From the NCBI GenBank assembly GCA_043228905.1, contig JBHGNT010001126.1, positions 1 through 11,842 of the forward strand: a stretch of DNA of 11,842 bases. Direction: 5' to 3'. The DNA is from Azolla caroliniana (lineage: Eukaryota; Plantae; Polypodiophyta). Shown in pieces: positions 7,945 to 11,842 of this stretch (positions within the stretch are counted from its first letter, which is position 1; each line of letters starts with the position of its first letter). A model generated the notes under the pieces. It was not told where the DNA came from. It worked only from the letters and a program-made list of their open reading frames with translations, and did no database searches. Made by a program: the position numbers and the translations under genes.

Positions 7945-9969
7945 TTAAAGTACCACATTTGATGTCTCATCTTGATGGTTGAGCTCGCTTAACATGTGGG
8001 CTGCAAATTTGGCACGGTTAATATCCCCATGAAGTCTACAAGCACCCAGCATAGCACACCACACTGCAGGAGTTGCTTTATAAGGCATGTCATAAATAAG
8101 ATCCTCGGCTTCATCTAACCTTCCTGCACGGCCTAGTAAGTCTATCAAACATACATAATGCTCCAGCAACGGTGTCAAATTGTGGACTTCACTCATGGAA
8201 ACAAAGTAGTGATACCCTTCATTTATTAGCCCTGCATGACTGCAAGCAGAGAAAAGGCTCACAAACGTCACTTCATTGGGCTTCACATTGTCTTGCAGCA
8301 TTTTCTCATATAATCCAATAGCCTTCTTTCCATGTCCTTGTTGGGCATAGACAGTGATCATAACGTTCCAGGAAAGGAACTCCTTTGCTTTTATATGATC
8401 GAATAATGCCTGTGCCTCATCCAGCTTTCCACAATTCCCATACATGTGAATAAGTGCATGCAGGATGCCAATATTTGAATCAAACCCATAATTTGCTGCG
8501 TATCTATGAATTAGCATGCCTTTTGGCAAAACTTCCATGTCAGCACAAGCACTCAGAATGCTTGTAAATGTGGCCTCATCTGGATGTAAATGTTCATTTT
8601 GCATTTTATCGAACATCTCAAGAGCTCTCTCTCCTTGATGTTGCCTCACATAGCATGCAATCATTGCATTCCAACACACTATATCAGGTATCGCAATCTT
8701 ATTGAAAATTTCACGTGCATCCTCAGATGAACCACAATTACCATACATATTTATAAGAGCTGTTGCAACTAGCATATCATTTCCATCCCTACCTTCGGAC
8801 ATATATATACATTTGTGAATGTTCTTCCCCACCGACAAAGCTTCCGAAGAAATACATGCACTCAAAAGGTTGAGAAAGGTGATGCGTGTTGGCTTCACGT
8901 TAGCATCTTGCATCTCCTGGAATATAACAAAGACCTCTACAAATTGCCCTTGTTGCGCATATGCAGAGATAATGGAATTCCAGGAGACTACATCACGAAA
9001 CTTCTCCATAGTATCAAATACCGACTGGGCATCATGTAAGGCACCACACATAGCATACATATGGATAAGTGTATTCATCACTTCAGTATCAAAATCCAAT
9101 CCATGCTCAACAATCAATCGATGGACATGTCTTCCTTCAATTATTTGGCATACATTTGCATATGCCGTGAGACCATTAATGAATGTACTCTTGTCTAGCA
9201 TGATATTTCTTTCTTGCATCATTTCAAACAACTCCCCTGCCTCTCTACTGCATTCTTCTGTATCATACGCAGAAATCAATGCATTCCAAGAGATAGTGTC
9301 ATGGACAGGCATACTATTAAACATTCTTCTAGCTGCCTCAAGATCCCCACACTTACCATACATATTGAGAAGCGAGGTCCCAAGAACCTCTTCTACATAA
9401 ATGCCATACTCCACGAGGTCTGAATGAAGTAATCTGGCATCATCTAATGAAGCAAGGTTACCACAAGCAGTTAAAACACTCACGAAGACAACATTGTTAG
9501 GCTGGAATCCCCATTGAATCATTTCTTTGTAAAGGGAAAGAGCTGTATTGCTCTGGCTGTGTTTGTTACAAACAGAGATCATAGCACTCCATGACACCAT
9601 TGTACGGTGAGGCATATGATCAAACACATAGCATGCTTCTTTAACAAGGCCATATCTGCCATACATGCTGATAAGAAGATTAGCCACGAATGTGTCTGAA
9701 TCAAGACCGGATCTGACAACACAGGCATGGATGAATTTACCTTCAAGGGGAGGAACGTTTTTCTGGAGGAGCAATGAGATGCTTTCTCTGTCCAGGATAT
9801 CAGTTCTGGATGTGAGGGTTTGTTCTGCCGACGAAGCGAGTGAGGATTGATCGAAAGGTAAAGTGGTTCGACGAGGGATCGAACTAGTTCGTTGAGAAAG
9901 AGTCGGAGAAGGCCATGGAAGGGCTTGGACAGCCGCAGGGGCATAGAAAGAGCTGACCAGAGCTTCCAT
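7945..9969 (-). CDS. PLS-class pentatricopeptide repeat protein (E subclass, E2 truncated, no DYW); probable organellar RNA-editing specificity factor
   Basis: Intronless 674-aa ORF. By eye 17 PPR motifs: L-S-(P-L-S)x4-P2-L2-S2, ending in the typical TFVSLFSACSHAGL...EHYVCLIDLLGRAGRLDEA. E1 (VWCAMLGACRLHGD) follows, then a stop 8 residues into E2. The Ser/Thr/Pro-rich N-terminal ~50 aa resembles a transit peptide. Confidence 0.95.
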   Translation of the reverse strand: MEALVSSFYAPAAVQALPWPSPTLSQRTSSIPRRTTLPFDQSSLASSAEQTLTSRTDILDRESISLLLQKNVPPLEGKFIHACVVRSGLDSDTFVANLLISMYGRYGLVKEACYVFDHMPHRTMVSWSAMISVCNKHSQSNTALSLYKEMIQWGFQPNNVVFVSVLTACGNLASLDDARLLHSDLVEYGIYVEEVLGTSLLNMYGKCGDLEAARRMFNSMPVHDTISWNALISAYDTEECSREAGELFEMMQERNIMLDKSTFINGLTAYANVCQIIEGRHVHRLIVEHGLDFDTEVMNTLIHMYAMCGALHDAQSVFDTMEKFRDVVSWNSIISAYAQQGQFVEVFVIFQEMQDANVKPTRITFLNLLSACISSEALSVGKNIHKCIYMSEGRDGNDMLVATALINMYGNCGSSEDAREIFNKIAIPDIVCWNAMIACYVRQHQGERALEMFDKMQNEHLHPDEATFTSILSACADMEVLPKGMLIHRYAANYGFDSNIGILHALIHMYGNCGKLDEAQALFDHIKAKEFLSWNVMITVYAQQGHGKKAIGLYEKMLQDNVKPNEVTFVSLFSACSHAGLINEGYHYFVSMSEVHNLTPLLEHYVCLIDLLGRAGRLDEAEDLIYDMPYKATPAVWCAMLGACRLHGDINRAKFAAHMLSELNHQDETSNVVL

Positions 9970-10118
9970 GGAAGCTTCCTTTAGCTAAGTTGTATTGGAA
10001 CAATCTTCCATCCAATATCTACATATCTATCTGTAGGAAGTAATATACATAATGATAGCAATTTGATCATTTACTCAACACTTGGACCAAAGTTACTTGG
10101 ACCGACCAATCGACACAC

Positions 10119-10294
10119 CCAGATACCATGTCAAGGGCGCACACACACAAACACAAAGCCATGTACGTACGTATGGTACATACGTAGCTTGGGTGCTTGT
10201 GGTCCGTGGAAGTTGAATCCAACAACTTACATTTGTTTGATTGAACACATGTGTCCATTCTCGACCACCTCTCCTCCCTTTAAGACCCTTGACA
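10119..10294 (-). mobile_element. Possible short LTR (166 bp) with adjacent PBS-like motif
   Basis: 10129-10294 is bounded by perfect 9-bp inverted termini TGTCAAGGG...CCCTTGACA. On the - strand the terminal CA is followed directly by TGGTATC(TGG), the start of the tRNA-iMet PBS TGGTATCAGAGC. Confidence 0.45.
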
Positions 10295-10915
10295 CATAAT
10301 ATGAGAATCAAAGTTTTTCCTTCTTTGGGTTGGAAATGGCAAGGGCATGCCATGGGTTCAGACAGATGATGCCTATTGGAGAATACAACCATATCTTTTG
10401 GACTAAGAGGACCTTAGTGTACATACATGAATGAACATTGTGTGAGAGGTGTACTTCCAAAACGTTGTCAAATCAATTCTAGAAAAGCTTCATCATCCCC
10501 TTTTCCTTACATGGTTGTTGCTTCTTCATCAAACGGACGGTAAACTCAAAATCCAACAACATTCGAGAGTGTGAAAGCACAAACGGCGTAATGATGCATG
10601 TTTCGACTCAGGGGAGGGGGGGAAACAACTCTCGTATCTTGACCATACCATACCTTCTTGGCACCAAAGTGTCAATGAATGTCACAGGTGGAGGTGGCTT
10701 ACCGTGTCCGAATCCAATGTATGTATTGTTCGAGCGAGTGAAGAGGATGCATCTGGACCCATTACATTTTCATTTGTATTTGAAATACGGTCCTCTGACC
10801 CACCAGCCATATCTGTGTGTCTGTAAATTGTAATATATATGGTACTGGTGGGGTATATGAATGCAGAGCATTTTACATTAAATGATACAATGGTGATCTC
10901 GTGTTCCCACAACAA

Positions 10916-11075
10916 TTCTCTTTCTCTTTCTCCTTCTCCTTCTCCTTCCTTTGTTGCAATTCTTTAATCCGTCCCGGTGTGCCGAAAAGATAATCACCGT
11001 GAGCCTCGCGAGCATGAGGAAATTGAAGCGCCTGTATCTCCTGTGGGCTCAGATCTGGTCGTGATCATCAGTCAG
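10916..11075 (+). other. Probable first (5'UTR) exon of a gene divergent from the PPR
   Basis: CT-rich Y-patch at 10916-10952 with (CTCCTT)n, a locally GC/CpG-rich segment, and a strong donor CAG|GTATGC at 11076. No downstream coding exon is visible in the window. Confidence 0.45.
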
Positions 11076-11192
11076 GTATGCTCACTCTTAACTTCCAATT
11101 AGATCAAAACGTTTCCTATCAGACTTGTCCAGGACTCTTTGGTTTTCTTATCCATTTTCAGTAAAGAGAGGCTTCTGACATCTCCTGCTTGA

Positions 11193-11232
11193 GATAGATA
11201 GATAGATAGAGTGAGTGAGTGAGTAAGTAAGT
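11193..11232. repeat. Compound tetranucleotide microsatellite (GATA)4(GAGT)4(AAGT)2
   Basis: gatagatagatagatagagtgagtgagtgagtaagtaagt read directly. Confidence 0.9.
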
Positions 11233-11668
11233 GAGAGAATTTCACCGAGAGATCAATCGTGGCTCCCAATCTCTAATAAGAAGGAAACAAACGAAAAGAA
11301 GAGAAATAGAAAAGAGGATAGGGAAATTGCACGCGAGACCAAACTTCAAAAAAGCTACCTTTCAAACTCACTGCTACAATTGATGCCTGACAATGAAATG
11401 ACCCAAGAGACCAACGAATTACATTCGAATACAATCTATACTGTGCCTCATAACTAGGGTAAAAGGAAACAACACTACGCCTACTGCAAATACTTATGAG
11501 ACCAAAGAAATTCCAACCAAGTGAAACATAATTCACCATCTAATAAGAACAGGGGAAGGGAAAAGTAAACCGGGCCTAACATGAATACCTATGACACCAA
11601 TGAAATCGTATCGCAGAGAGATTCGATCTAAAGTCTAAGGAGGAGAAAAAAAAATTACATCACAATAG

Positions 11669-11842
11669 GATCTGATACAATGTCTGGTAACAAGTAACTT
11701 GATTGGGTGTCAATATATGAGGAATAGTATGAGGTGAGTGAGAGGATGGTGATACTGCCAATGATTATTGGAGATGTTCAGTGAGATCCACACAGTGTTC
11801 ATTATCTTAATGGCTAAACCCATTTTCAGTAGTAGATCCGTT
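11669..11842 (-). mobile_element. PBS-like site and possible 3' end of a 5' LTR running out of the window
   Basis: + strand GATCTGATACAA (11669-11680) matches GCTCTGATACCA (reverse complement of the tRNA-iMet PBS) at 10/12 and abuts TGT, which is an LTR-terminal ACA on the - strand. Confidence 0.35.

Noticed and set aside
7945-7947. Stop codon repaired by U-to-C RNA editing (UAA>CAA)
   Set aside because: U-to-C editing in hornworts, lycophytes and ferns is established for organellar transcripts, not nuclear mRNA. Read-through would also hit TAG 15 codons later without yielding a normal E2.
8815-9850. Antisense ORFs (193, 74, 69, 61 aa) over the PPR gene
   Set aside because: Shadow ORFs of a long coding strand with no recognisable motifs.
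10063-11539. Short ORFs in the right-hand intergenic region and small hairpins near 10403 and 10658
   Set aside because: No domain-like features or splice support; 6-7 bp stems are expected by chance.

Overview
AT-rich land-plant nuclear DNA (lineage not determinable from sequence alone). Left: the 5'-truncated, 8-exon + strand gene of a TRF-like protein, with an all-helical N-terminal domain resembling the TRFH domain of vertebrate TRF1/TRF2, a central PHD finger plus coiled coil, and a C-terminal telobox Myb domain lacking the plant Myb-extension. As sequenced, an in-frame TGA at 2705-2707 separates the Myb exons from the rest of the ORF, and one extra A in an A4 run would repair it. Middle: a decayed, LTR-less Ty1/copia internal region (gag-PR-IN-RT, about 3940-6800), then short tandem repeats including 5 x 54 bp. 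Right: an intronless - strand PLS-class PPR gene (7945-9969) that stops early in E2, followed by a degenerate duplicate of its E motifs. Beyond that lie a possible short LTR plus PBS relic, a probable divergent first exon with a short uORF, a compound microsatellite, and a second PBS-like site near the window end.
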